Below are positions 49,493 through 58,391 of a stretch of DNA of 64,000 nucleotides, piece by piece (position 1 is the first letter of the stretch; each line of letters opens with the position of its first letter). Made by a program: the position numbers and the translations under genes. The stretch spans positions 124,001 through 188,000 of IMG/VR virus record IMGVR_UViG_3300011223_000001, one strand, 5' to 3'. Origin of the DNA: an uncultured virus (IMG/VR IMGVR_UViG_3300011223_000001). Lineage: Duplodnaviria > Heunggongvirae > Uroviricota > Caudoviricetes. Below the pieces are notes generated by a model. The model was not told the DNA's origin. It searched no databases and worked only from the letters and a program-made list of their open reading frames with translations.

Positions 49493-49565
49493 ACACAGAC
49501 CTCTCCATTGGGGAGGTTTGCCATCCTATGAACCCCTTTTTCTTTTTGCTCGAAACGAGGCCGCT

Positions 49566-50606
49566 ATGGTTGCCATTGCCAGTCCTGTCTTTAAATCAGG
49601 ACCTCAAGACAATATCTCGATGGTCGATGCCTACAACAAGGCATCGTCTGAAGTCCGTAACGAGTTGACCAGCCACCTGTCCTCGTTTGGCGCACAGCTG
49701 ACGGAGTCCTTTGGATTTGCCAGTCGTGCCATCTCCACACTCGGGATGCGCATCTCTAAAGGTGAACTCAATATCGAAGACGCCGCAGAACGCATCAGAG
49801 GGGCCCTTAAAGGCTCGCGCAGTGATTTGGCTAACCTATCTAGCGGTTTGCAGAACGCGATCTACAGCGGCCTTACAGGCGTCGTACCGGGCACTGATTT
49901 CGTCAAGGGTGCGGTGGATCTGTACGATCAGGTCCAGTTAGTGTCGGGCAACGGGAGTTACAGCATCCGGGGTGATCGCACCCAGGTGTCGTCGGTACTG
50001 GGATTTATCTCAGACCTCACGGGTAAGTCAGTGTTCCGGGCCCTGGACCTAGGTGCTGAAGCAGCGTTGATCGGTGGCTTAATCGGTACGGTGTCCAGCT
50101 GGGGTGTTCCTGCTTTGGTGGATAGCCTGATGGAAGGCAAGGACGATCAATTCAAACATTCTGTCTACAGCCGTAACGCTGCCAACCTGACTACTTCCAA
50201 CATCACAATGCTCGAGTACTACGTTGATCAGGGTATGGCCAATGCCTTGACCAGTCAGACCCCGGATTTTGGCAGCAGTTACCTGAGTCGGTACACCATG
50301 CCGAGCGGCGCTACCCCCGATACCTACCCCGTGCTGCATAAGCAGTTGGTTAAGGTCATGGATGCCCTTGATCCACAATGGCTGTATACCGCCCGGGGCA
50401 GTAAGATAACCGTACAGAACGGTCAGAATGTCTCCACCCCGCAGATGGTTATCAACTTGGCCAGCCTTAACCGTGTGAGCAGTGAAGCCAAACAAGTACT
50501 GATGTCGGACGAAACAACACGCACCGCAGTGTTGGCGGCGGGTAATTTCCCAAGTCAAGACCTTATTCAAATTGCTAAAAACATGTACCCCTTGATTGCT
50601 ATCTGA
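49566..50606 (+). CDS. Probable virion structural protein (phiKZ gp174-like by position)
   Basis: ATG at 49566 with GAGG RBS; VFKSGPQD N-terminus and MYP C-terminus; convergent with the protease. Confidence 0.5.
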   Translation: MVAIASPVFKSGPQDNISMVDAYNKASSEVRNELTSHLSSFGAQLTESFGFASRAISTLGMRISKGELNIEDAAERIRGALKGSRSDLANLSSGLQNAIYSGLTGVVPGTDFVKGAVDLYDQVQLVSGNGSYSIRGDRTQVSSVLGFISDLTGKSVFRALDLGAEAALIGGLIGTVSSWGVPALVDSLMEGKDDQFKHSVYSRNAANLTTSNITMLEYYVDQGMANALTSQTPDFGSSYLSRYTMPSGATPDTYPVLHKQLVKVMDALDPQWLYTARGSKITVQNGQNVSTPQMVINLASLNRVSSEAKQVLMSDETTRTAVLAAGNFPSQDLIQIAKNMYPLIAI

Positions 50607-50648
50607 CAGCATAGAACCCCTCCCGGTTAAGGGAGGGGCTTTATGCCG
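50607..50648. terminator. Hairpin between convergent genes
   Basis: GCATAGAACCCCTCCC-ggttaa-GGGAGGGGCTTTATGC. Confidence 0.7.
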
Positions 50649-50649
50649 C

Positions 50650-51426
50650 TTACCACTTCATGTAAGCGGGGGTACGATGGGTCTCGATCTTGCTACGCTG
50701 CCAACCCAACGATTCAATCAATGGGTTAACATCCGGTTCGTTGGATTCAAGGCCAACACTTTGACGTCTGGCTTGTTGACGGGCAATGGCGTGCAGGTGT
50801 TCAGGACGCACATCCCGGTAGGTGTCGTCAAACTCTTCCAGGGCCACGGCATTGTGTTTGCACGCCCCCAAGATACCGCCTTCACCCACAAAGTCGTGGG
50901 TTACCACCTCACGGGTGTACTTCACACGTTCGATGAAGTCATCAACCGTGATGCACCGCACCGAGAAGTAGGTGTTCTGCGCCGGGTTCTTGAGCGACTC
51001 TTCGACGTATTTGCCATATGGGCCAAACGGTTTGAGCCAAGCGATGACCAGGGTGATTGGACGGCCGTGTTCATCGGTGCTGGGTACGAGTTCGTAATCG
51101 CGGATGTGGTGGCTCCAGCGATCAGGGTCGATCCGACGGGCGCGTTGTACGTACGCAGCATCAGACATACCTGGTGTTTGTTCAGGGTGTTTGTATTCGC
51201 CGTACAGCGCCCCTTTCTTGACTTGGCGCATCAACACCGAGCCTGGGGTGAACATGGCCAAGCCTGACTTGGCGTCGTACAGATAGCCGCCGCTGTTGTA
51301 GGCGTTATACGCCCCGACAGGCACAGGATAGTAACCTTGAGCATCGGGTTTAAGGATGCCTTGTTTTTGAGTACCTGCAAGCATGGTAGAACCAATGCGT
51401 ACAGATTGACGCGGTGCCGATAACAT
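50650..51426 (-). CDS. Prohead (head maturation) serine protease, phiKZ gp175-like
   Basis: LYGEYKHP, WSHHI, KPFGPYG, YFSVR and THDFVGEGG match the T4 gp21/phiKZ gp175 pattern. Confidence 0.85.
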   Translation of the reverse strand: MLSAPRQSVRIGSTMLAGTQKQGILKPDAQGYYPVPVGAYNAYNSGGYLYDAKSGLAMFTPGSVLMRQVKKGALYGEYKHPEQTPGMSDAAYVQRARRIDPDRWSHHIRDYELVPSTDEHGRPITLVIAWLKPFGPYGKYVEESLKNPAQNTYFSVRCITVDDFIERVKYTREVVTHDFVGEGGILGACKHNAVALEEFDDTYRDVRPEHLHAIARQQARRQSVGLESNEPDVNPLIESLGWQRSKIETHRTPAYMKW

Positions 51427-51433
51427 AGAGACC

Positions 51434-52144
51434 TCAGGTTCTCAAGAGTTCCTCGATTCGCTCTACACGGTCACTGGGGTTGACTAACGCCGAAACGATA
51501 CTGTCCGCGGTGTAAGCACCGATCAGCTTCGAAGTGGTGTCGGAGGTGTTCCAGATCACGTTGCGGAAAGGAATGCTCACGGGTGGATTGGTCTCGACGT
51601 CGCTGTGCTTTTCGTAGATGTGGCGGTAGAGTCGTGTCATGTCATTTCGGTCACGACAAATCGTGGAAATGATCAGGCTTAGGATTGCCCGGTTACCCAA
51701 GTAGATCCCTGCAAACTCTTCCGCGGTCTCGAACAGGTTGGCGATGTCGAAGTAATTGAAGTACCAAGGGATATTGCCCTTGGACACATGCTCGCTATAA
51801 ACGTAGTAAGACAGGGTGTCGTTCTTTACCGGTTCAGTGCCGGCGATGAGCGTGTCGCCTGGCTCAAAGTGAAAATCAAAATACGTCACACCACCGATCA
51901 CTACCTTCTCTGACGAAGAAGGAACGATGCGAAACATCGCGATGGTGCGTGAAACACCATAGCGGTTGCCCATGAGAATACCATAGAAACCGAGGATGTA
52001 GATTTCGGTTCCTATGTTGGCCAAGTGCACAGAAGCATAGCGTTCAGGCACGAGAATACGACAGGCAGTATCCACAAGGATACTGCCGTCCGTTTGCTCA
52101 TGGAGGTGTTTCTTGATGAAGTCAGGGTCTCGGACCATCTGCAT
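51434..52144 (-). CDS. Virion RNAP beta-prime C-terminal fragment (phiKZ gp176 / SPN3US gp244-like)
   Basis: GNIPWYFNY...RD...YRH...KLIGAY...SAL...ERIEELLR; position between the head protein and the protease. Confidence 0.6.
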   Translation of the reverse strand: MQMVRDPDFIKKHLHEQTDGSILVDTACRILVPERYASVHLANIGTEIYILGFYGILMGNRYGVSRTIAMFRIVPSSSEKVVIGGVTYFDFHFEPGDTLIAGTEPVKNDTLSYYVYSEHVSKGNIPWYFNYFDIANLFETAEEFAGIYLGNRAILSLIISTICRDRNDMTRLYRHIYEKHSDVETNPPVSIPFRNVIWNTSDTTSKLIGAYTADSIVSALVNPSDRVERIEELLRT

Positions 52145-52176
52145 CAGAAAGTACCTCTGGTTGGGAACTGACAGCC

Positions 52177-54042
52177 TTACAGCTGCGGTTTGGCTTCTTC
52201 GGTGTCATCGGAGGTGGTGCCCTGTGGGGCGTCCTCGTCAGCACCTGGCAGGTTGGCTTCAGCATCGTCACCTGGGGTGCGGGCATCGTCAGTGGGCAGC
52301 TCGCTTGGGTCAGCGACATTGGTGGCGTTAGCCCCCGTGTCATTGCCGCCCGCGTCGGTGCTGGTACCGTCGGTGCCGTTACCGGTCAGTGGTGTGTCGC
52401 CTTCACCGGCTGCTGGGATGGGGTTACCGTTTTCATCAAACTCGGTACCCTCAGCGGCCGCTTCATTGACTTCGTTGACTTCAGGCTCTGGTTGAACTAC
52501 GCCCAGGTCAGCGGCGATGTCAACGTTGTCACCGTCGATTTTGACATTGGCGCCACCGTCGTCTTCCTGCGAGACTGCATTCGGATCAACATCGGGGGTG
52601 TAGCCCACGGTAGTGATCTGACTGGTCAGCCAGGTGGCCACCATTTCGATCACCGCTTCGATGGCCAGCTCACGACCCGTCGCTTTGGGGTGAACCCGCG
52701 CGTAGCGGTCCATCGAACGCATGAAGCCGAAGTACAGCGGCTGATTGGGGTAGTACGCACGGCAAACCAAGTCGGTAAACAACTGGCAGGGTTTGTCGTA
52801 CGCGTCATCCTCGATCACGCGCAGTTCTGCATCCAGACGCTCGCGGATCACACCGGCGTCCATCATCGGCAAGCCTTCAACCGCTGGCACCGTGTTGGAG
52901 AGGAACACATCGACCACGTCGCGGCGACGGGCGCGCAGTGCGTTGTCCAGGCAAGCCTGACGCAGCACGGGGTAGTAGTTGGTCCAGCGTGCTACCAGAT
53001 CGCCGGCAATGGCGTTGACCTGGGGTACGGTGTGAACGGCGGGTTCGAAGACGGCCACACCAAGCAGTGCCTGGACATCGCCACCGGCGGCCAGCCAGTT
53101 GGTGTAAACATCACCGTTAACCAGCACTGACACCTGACCGGTGCGCATTGGGTCCTTGGCATCGGTGGCCAGCACCAGGCGCTGGGCTTTGATGTCTTGG
53201 GCGCGGGCCTTGTAGGCTTCGAACAGCTTGTGGCCGAGCAGGTGATGCAGGTTACCCAGTGCCAGCTCCCAGGCTTTAAGGTCGACAGACTCACCGATCG
53301 GGTCACGTGGGTTTTCGATCAGTGCGCCAGTCAGGCAATAAGCCAACAGCAGTTCGTCGATCATCACCGGCCAGTTGCGTGGATGCATCCAGGCGGCGGT
53401 GCTGTAGTCGAACAGGCGCGAGGTGCCGTAGAGTTTACCCCACACGGCGTTGATGCGTTCAGCACCCACCTTGAGCAGCCACTCCACCACATCCGGCGTG
53501 TCCAGGTGTGGGTTGCCTTCAGCGACCAGCGTCACGATCGCTTCGGCCGACAGTGGCTGAAGCATGAAGGTGCGGTATTCAGCCAGAGGTTGGGACGTCT
53601 CGTAGTTGCTCGAGATGTGGTTGACCAGCGCCGAGGAGCTGTGCACCGAATCGTAGCTGTAACGATCGACCGAAACGTTAGGCTGGGTAGCCTTGGCTTG
53701 CTTGCTGGTGAACTGGTTGACCAGCGCATCGACCGTTGGAACAATCACGTTGCGAGCGTTGAAGGTCATCGCCTGCACCGCACGGGTGATGCTGGCCACT
53801 TGGTCTTCGACCGCCGCTTGGTCGGCACCGACCATGACTTCGTTGGCGCGGGAGAACTGGTCTTCAGATTCCTGCGACACCCGCTCGCTGAACTTCAGAC
53901 GGTTGGGACGGGCGGCGGATTGGTAGGCGTTGGCAACCTGGGTAACGGGGGCATTGAGAGACTTGAAGCCGACCAAACGGCCGGCCTCAGTCAGTGCCCG
54001 TGCCGTTGGCGATACGCTCTTTACAGAAGCGGCAATGGACAT
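52177..54042 (-). CDS. Processed head protein (phiKZ gp177 / SPN3US gp243-like)
   Basis: RVSQE near the N-terminus and AVSQE before a long acidic C-terminal tail; synteny. Confidence 0.55.
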   Translation of the reverse strand: MSIAASVKSVSPTARALTEAGRLVGFKSLNAPVTQVANAYQSAARPNRLKFSERVSQESEDQFSRANEVMVGADQAAVEDQVASITRAVQAMTFNARNVIVPTVDALVNQFTSKQAKATQPNVSVDRYSYDSVHSSSALVNHISSNYETSQPLAEYRTFMLQPLSAEAIVTLVAEGNPHLDTPDVVEWLLKVGAERINAVWGKLYGTSRLFDYSTAAWMHPRNWPVMIDELLLAYCLTGALIENPRDPIGESVDLKAWELALGNLHHLLGHKLFEAYKARAQDIKAQRLVLATDAKDPMRTGQVSVLVNGDVYTNWLAAGGDVQALLGVAVFEPAVHTVPQVNAIAGDLVARWTNYYPVLRQACLDNALRARRRDVVDVFLSNTVPAVEGLPMMDAGVIRERLDAELRVIEDDAYDKPCQLFTDLVCRAYYPNQPLYFGFMRSMDRYARVHPKATGRELAIEAVIEMVATWLTSQITTVGYTPDVDPNAVSQEDDGGANVKIDGDNVDIAADLGVVQPEPEVNEVNEAAAEGTEFDENGNPIPAAGEGDTPLTGNGTDGTSTDAGGNDTGANATNVADPSELPTDDARTPGDDAEANLPGADEDAPQGTTSDDTEEAKPQL

Positions 54043-54052
54043 GGGGGGCTCC

Positions 54053-54256
54053 TTAGACGCCGAGTTTTTTCGAGATGCGGGCGGTCAGTGCTTCGCGGAT
54101 GTCGTCATCCTGAAACAACTGGCCATTGAGGGTGGCTGACACTTCATCAGTGCCCAAGCAGTTCCGGATCACTTCAGTGCCCAGTTCCACCATCGACGCC
54201 AACGCTTGGGTGTTGTGCGCGTGGGCGATGTTAGGACTTACGTTTTGCTCTTGCAT
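54053..54256 (-). CDS. Small hypothetical protein
   Basis: ATG at 54256 with GAGGA RBS; overlaps the end of the beta gene. Confidence 0.55.
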   Translation of the reverse strand: MQEQNVSPNIAHAHNTQALASMVELGTEVIRNCLGTDEVSATLNGQLFQDDDIREALTARISKKLGV

Positions 54257-56810
54257 GGGTGGTTCCTCTATACACTGCGGCGACATGCTTGGACAGCGAT
54301 GCCATGTTCATGTTGGTGGTGGCGATGAGTTTAGGCGACAGTACCATTCGCTCCTCAACCGAGGTGTTGGCAAACTTCAATCCCAAAGGACGTCCGTCTT
54401 CCAAGTAGTTCTCACCTTTGAAGACCCCCGAAATGATGGTCTTCATCTGGTTGGCTACCACACCCTTGTCACCGATGCCGGCAGCCACATCGTGGTCGAT
54501 GTAGATACGGATGGCGAGGCTGTCTGGATCGATAGGTTCACCTTTGATGCGGAAGCTGAAATCCACTTCGCCCGTGAAGGGGGTTTCGCCCATGGCAAGT
54601 GCAAGCTCTTTCCGTTCTTTGTCGCCACGACGCGCCAGGCTTTGCAGCGATTCCGACATGTCTTCGAAATCACCGTGGTAGTAAACCTCGATTTTCGAGA
54701 CGGTCCCCACCACGCCTGCCTTAGGCGACTTGGCTTCGATCCGGCGCAAGGTATCCAGCGCGGTGTCGCCAAAGATCGGGTTGTTTGCCAGCTCAGGGTC
54801 TTCGATTCTACATAGAATTGTTTCCAAGTCTACGTGGTCACCGACTTTCACAAGAGCATCGACGACCTGATCGAAACGCACCACGATGTTGCGTGGCTCA
54901 CTGGCCTGGGTGTTGAACTGCTGAGCGACTTCCTCGGAAATCTCACAACCGTCTTCAAGCGTTGTGATCTTCTCCATGAACGCCACCGTGCACATGACGC
55001 CCATTTTCATGGAGACCTGTGTGGGGTTAAAGCGGTCAACTTGGAAGAACTTGCTGTTGTAGGAAAGGGTATCGCCAGCTTTGAACGCCATCCCTTCTTT
55101 AAGTGTTGTCGTCAGTGTGTGTGGGTAGGTGTGACCTGCGGCGACGCCATGGCGAAGACCCAGTGGTACGATCTCAACGGTACCGTCAGCGTAACGCACC
55201 TGAAGTGACCATTTGGTGATCTTTTCCACCACCCCATCTTGCGCAGCGGCGGTGGCGAAGTTCGCCGTGGTGCCTTGGCCAATGACCTGTTCCTCACCGG
55301 TACGCAGCGGCGGTACGGCGGCGCCATCACAGAAGATCGCTTGCTGCCACTGTACAGACACAAAACCGATGCGCTTCATGTCGTCGTGTTCAACACAAGG
55401 CGAGAGCAAGGCCGAGGAAGAGAGTAGCTTAGCAGGACCATCCCCTTCTTGCTTCGGTCGGGTCATGCCGCGCAGGTCGGTGATGTTAGCGTCTGGCGTC
55501 AGGTAGGCAATCACACCCACTTCACCGGAGTCCACAGTCGCTTCACCGGTAGTGCCTTCATCGTCTTTGTGGAAGACGCGGGTGCGCTCCACCATCGACA
55601 CCGAAGAACGACCACCGTCACCACGGTAGGTGTAGCCTTCCTGTTCACGCTGGTTGGCCATTGGGTTGGATTCTTCGACGATGCCGACCGAAGGGTCCTG
55701 TACCAATTTCTGCCACACGGCGTAGGGATTCAGCTCCACCCCGATCTCACCGGCCGACGAGCGGTTGTTAAAGGACTTCACCGCACGGGATAGTTCGCCA
55801 TACACCACACCCGAGAACCGTTCATAACCCCGGTACCGCATGAACTTAGGGTCGGTCTCTTTGGGGCAGTAGTCGGTCATCAACAGCTCAACTGCACGCA
55901 CCAGCAACTTGGAGAACTCGGTGGGTTCACCCATTTGCAGGAGCAGCCCTTCTGTGATCGGATCGACCCAGGCAGTCTTGAGTGCATCGAGTTCACGCAG
56001 GTAGCGCACACCGAGCCCCGCTTCTTCAAGCAGGCGGTAGTAGACGTCTTTCTTGTCAAAGTCCCAGACCGAGAACTTCTTCAAGCTGCGGTGGTAACGG
56101 TTCAGGCCGTTGAGGATCATCATCGCACGAGTGTCGGTGGTGGACAGGACAATTACCTCGTCCTGGAACACCAGCGTGTATGCATCCTCGGGCAGCTGCA
56201 AACGCTCACCCCGTGGGTGGCGACTGTGCTCGATACCCAGTTCTTTGATGAGGTTGCTCAGGCCATAGTAGTACGCCAGGGTAAAGCCCACGGGTACTAC
56301 TTTGTTCTGAACCGTCATCTCAGCGACTTCACCCGGGGCGCGGGTGGTGTCCAACTGGATAACGTCTGTCAAGCTGCCGATAGCATCCTGACCATCCGGT
56401 GTGTTGATGTACAGCACGTTGTTGGTGTCGATACAGATGGCTTGTGTGCCGACCACTGCCAGAACGACCTGACCTGCCAACTCGCAGGTTTTGACGTCGA
56501 TACCGTGTTCAGCAAACCACGCTTCACGATTGGCGTAATCGAAGTAGAACTGGTAATCTCCCGCTTTGAAGGAGGTAACCTGTTTGGCCAGCATCGAGTA
56601 GGTGCGAGGCAGTTGCAGCTCTTCTTGGAACACGTTACCCAGCTTCAGCTCGGTGATGCTCGTGTCGTCTGCCTTAAGCGCTGTGGCTTTGATGGTGGTA
56701 AGCAACCACCGCTCATAGTCGTCTGTCTTACGCTTAGAGCGATCGACAAAGACCTTATTAAAGTAACTGGTCAGTGCCACACGGAAGTCATTGACTTTGC
56801 GGATTGGTAG
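54231..56810 (-). CDS. rpoB: Virion RNAP beta subunit (phiKZ gp178-like), exon 2
   Basis: GDGGRS, DSGEVG, HDDMKR, WQQA...PLRTG, EDGCEIS and GIGDKGVVANQMKT are beta-subunit motifs; begins LPIRK right after the intron's terminal G. Confidence 0.88.
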   Translation of the reverse strand, partial: LPIRKVNDFRVALTSYFNKVFVDRSKRKTDDYERWLLTTIKATALKADDTSITELKLGNVFQEELQLPRTYSMLAKQVTSFKAGDYQFYFDYANREAWFAEHGIDVKTCELAGQVVLAVVGTQAICIDTNNVLYINTPDGQDAIGSLTDVIQLDTTRAPGEVAEMTVQNKVVPVGFTLAYYYGLSNLIKELGIEHSRHPRGERLQLPEDAYTLVFQDEVIVLSTTDTRAMMILNGLNRYHRSLKKFSVWDFDKKDVYYRLLEEAGLGVRYLRELDALKTAWVDPITEGLLLQMGEPTEFSKLLVRAVELLMTDYCPKETDPKFMRYRGYERFSGVVYGELSRAVKSFNNRSSAGEIGVELNPYAVWQKLVQDPSVGIVEESNPMANQREQEGYTYRGDGGRSSVSMVERTRVFHKDDEGTTGEATVDSGEVGVIAYLTPDANITDLRGMTRPKQEGDGPAKLLSSSALLSPCVEHDDMKRIGFVSVQWQQAIFCDGAAVPPLRTGEEQVIGQGTTANFATAAAQDGVVEKITKWSLQVRYADGTVEIVPLGLRHGVAAGHTYPHTLTTTLKEGMAFKAGDTLSYNSKFFQVDRFNPTQVSMKMGVMCTVAFMEKITTLEDGCEISEEVAQQFNTQASEPRNIVVRFDQVVDALVKVGDHVDLETILCRIEDPELANNPIFGDTALDTLRRIEAKSPKAGVVGTVSKIEVYYHGDFEDMSESLQSLARRGDKERKELALAMGETPFTGEVDFSFRIKGEPIDPDSLAIRIYIDHDVAAGIGDKGVVANQMKTIISGVFKGENYLEDGRPLGLKFANTSVEERMVLSPKLIATTNMNMASLSKHVAAVYRGTTHARAKRKS

Positions 56811-57185
56811 CATCCCAATCCAAAATGGACCATATCTTCACCCGCCACTGCTGTGGGTAGGGTGCCTACCATTTCGGCTCTCCTTCACAGGAGAGGTGAT
56901 TTTATTCACGACATTTGCATGTCCCTACTCTACTCGCTTTAATCACTTAAAGTGACCACCCGGTTTTACACGGATGTCATTAGTCGCTGCCGCGATGTAG
57001 CTTTCGATGGCCTCTGAGCACACCCCATGGCTGTCGCTTTAGGGGCTTCGCTGCGCCGGTTGTGCCTGTCAATGACGTTTTTACCATACCTGTCACTTCC
57101 ATTACTGGGACAGGTGTTACACTGGGTTTCCCCGTGTAAGTGGTAGTCATTGCATACGGCAAGTTCCCGCAATTAGGTAGGTTTT

Positions 57186-58349
57186 CTAGTGAAGTATTTC
57201 TACCTCACGCGGACCATGTGGTTTACTAATGGTGATACTCTCATCAAAAACATGACCTTTGTAACGCAGTGCCATCTCAAGGGCTATCTCTATCCCGCTG
57301 TTGTCCATCTGCTGGTATACCAACTCCAACAGATAGTAACCACGTTCTTTGGCTAGCGCTCGTTTAGCTTCGTCGTTCTTGATGGTTTCTCGAAAATACA
57401 ACTCACCGCCAAATAATGCGACCGGTTTAAAATGCTGATGTCCATGATGCTCGATGAGGATGTTGTACTCAGGGATGTAGAAATCAAAACGATACCGGTA
57501 TGGCACCACCTTAAACTCTTGGATAAACCCTATCCCGTGCTTCTCTAGAAAAACACGTATCCGTGATTCACCTTTCGATTCTTTGCATCTGGCGCACCCG
57601 CCTCTGGAGGAGACATGTCCGTTTGGTGTTATCCAAAAGGGCCCATGCTTATCACAAACAAGCTCAACCTTTGTTTTACTGGTTACATAGACAACCCGAC
57701 TATAGTCGTATTTATCGCCGTGAACCAATGTGGCCTGTTTAATGAATTCCTCTACACCGAGTCGATTGCCACTGTTGTGGCACTGTTTACAACCATGTCC
57801 ATCTAGGTGTGACCTAGGTAACTGCTGATACGGACCGTGGCTTGGGCAGACTATCGTAACTGGTAATGACCTTTTGTCATAAACCACGAGAGAGTAATCG
57901 TATTTATCACCATGTCGCTGTTGCGATGCAGCAATAAACTTCTCACGTGTAGAACGTTTTCGTTCTCTAAAACACCGACTACACCCCACCTTCTTCCCAT
58001 AATGCTCATATGGCGTCACGGTGAAACAACCATGGGTAGGGCAGATGATATTTACTGCGGTGTTTGTATCGACAAATTCAATTTGACTGTAGTCGTATTG
58101 ATTTCCATGGGCCGCATTGGCCCGTTGGATAAAGTCTTCTTCGGTTACTCTAGAATTCCCGCAACGCGAACACCCAAAAGGCGATCGCAAAAAGTACTGC
58201 GCATTAATTTCAAAGTCACCATGCACCTTGCATGCGATGGTTACATTGTGGCGCCGCCCTCTGTAAACAGTATTCGTATAAATGAATTTTTCACCGAATT
58301 TGTTTCTAGCTAGTTCAATGAAATTTTCAGTGGTGAGTCTTGCAACCAT
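57186..58349 (-). CDS. Intron-encoded endonuclease: four CxxH...CxxC zinc repeats plus a C-terminal DUF559/Vsr-like PD-(D/E)xK domain
   Basis: Repeats like HGDKYDYSxVxY...VxIxCxxHGxF...GCxxC; C-terminal SKGE...QEF...RFDFYIPEYNILIEHHGHQHF; ATG at 58349 with GGAGG RBS; AT-richer than the flanks. Confidence 0.85.
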   Translation of the reverse strand: MVARLTTENFIELARNKFGEKFIYTNTVYRGRRHNVTIACKVHGDFEINAQYFLRSPFGCSRCGNSRVTEEDFIQRANAAHGNQYDYSQIEFVDTNTAVNIICPTHGCFTVTPYEHYGKKVGCSRCFRERKRSTREKFIAASQQRHGDKYDYSLVVYDKRSLPVTIVCPSHGPYQQLPRSHLDGHGCKQCHNSGNRLGVEEFIKQATLVHGDKYDYSRVVYVTSKTKVELVCDKHGPFWITPNGHVSSRGGCARCKESKGESRIRVFLEKHGIGFIQEFKVVPYRYRFDFYIPEYNILIEHHGHQHFKPVALFGGELYFRETIKNDEAKRALAKERGYYLLELVYQQMDNSGIEIALEMALRYKGHVFDESITISKPHGPREVEILH

Positions 58350-58357
58350 TGTAAACC

Positions 58358-58383
58358 CCTCCACGGTTATTATACCATAGAGG
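58358..58383 (-). promoter_or_regulatory. Hairpin sequestering the endonuclease RBS
   Basis: Minus-strand CCTCTATGGT-ataata-ACCGTGGAGG is a 10-bp stem (two G.U pairs) with the GGAGG in its 3' arm. Confidence 0.65.
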
Positions 58384-58391
58384 TGCTTTTA

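Larger units (their letters stand above)
56811..58391 (-). mobile_element. Group I self-splicing intron carrying a homing endonuclease
   Basis: 5' splice site after U and 3' terminal G; P element AATTGCGGGAA, R GCAGCGACTAA, S GAAGATATGGTCC; P3 CCTACC/GGTAGG; 9-bp P1 with terminal U.G; removal restores the frame (QRAD|LPIRK). Confidence 0.9.
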
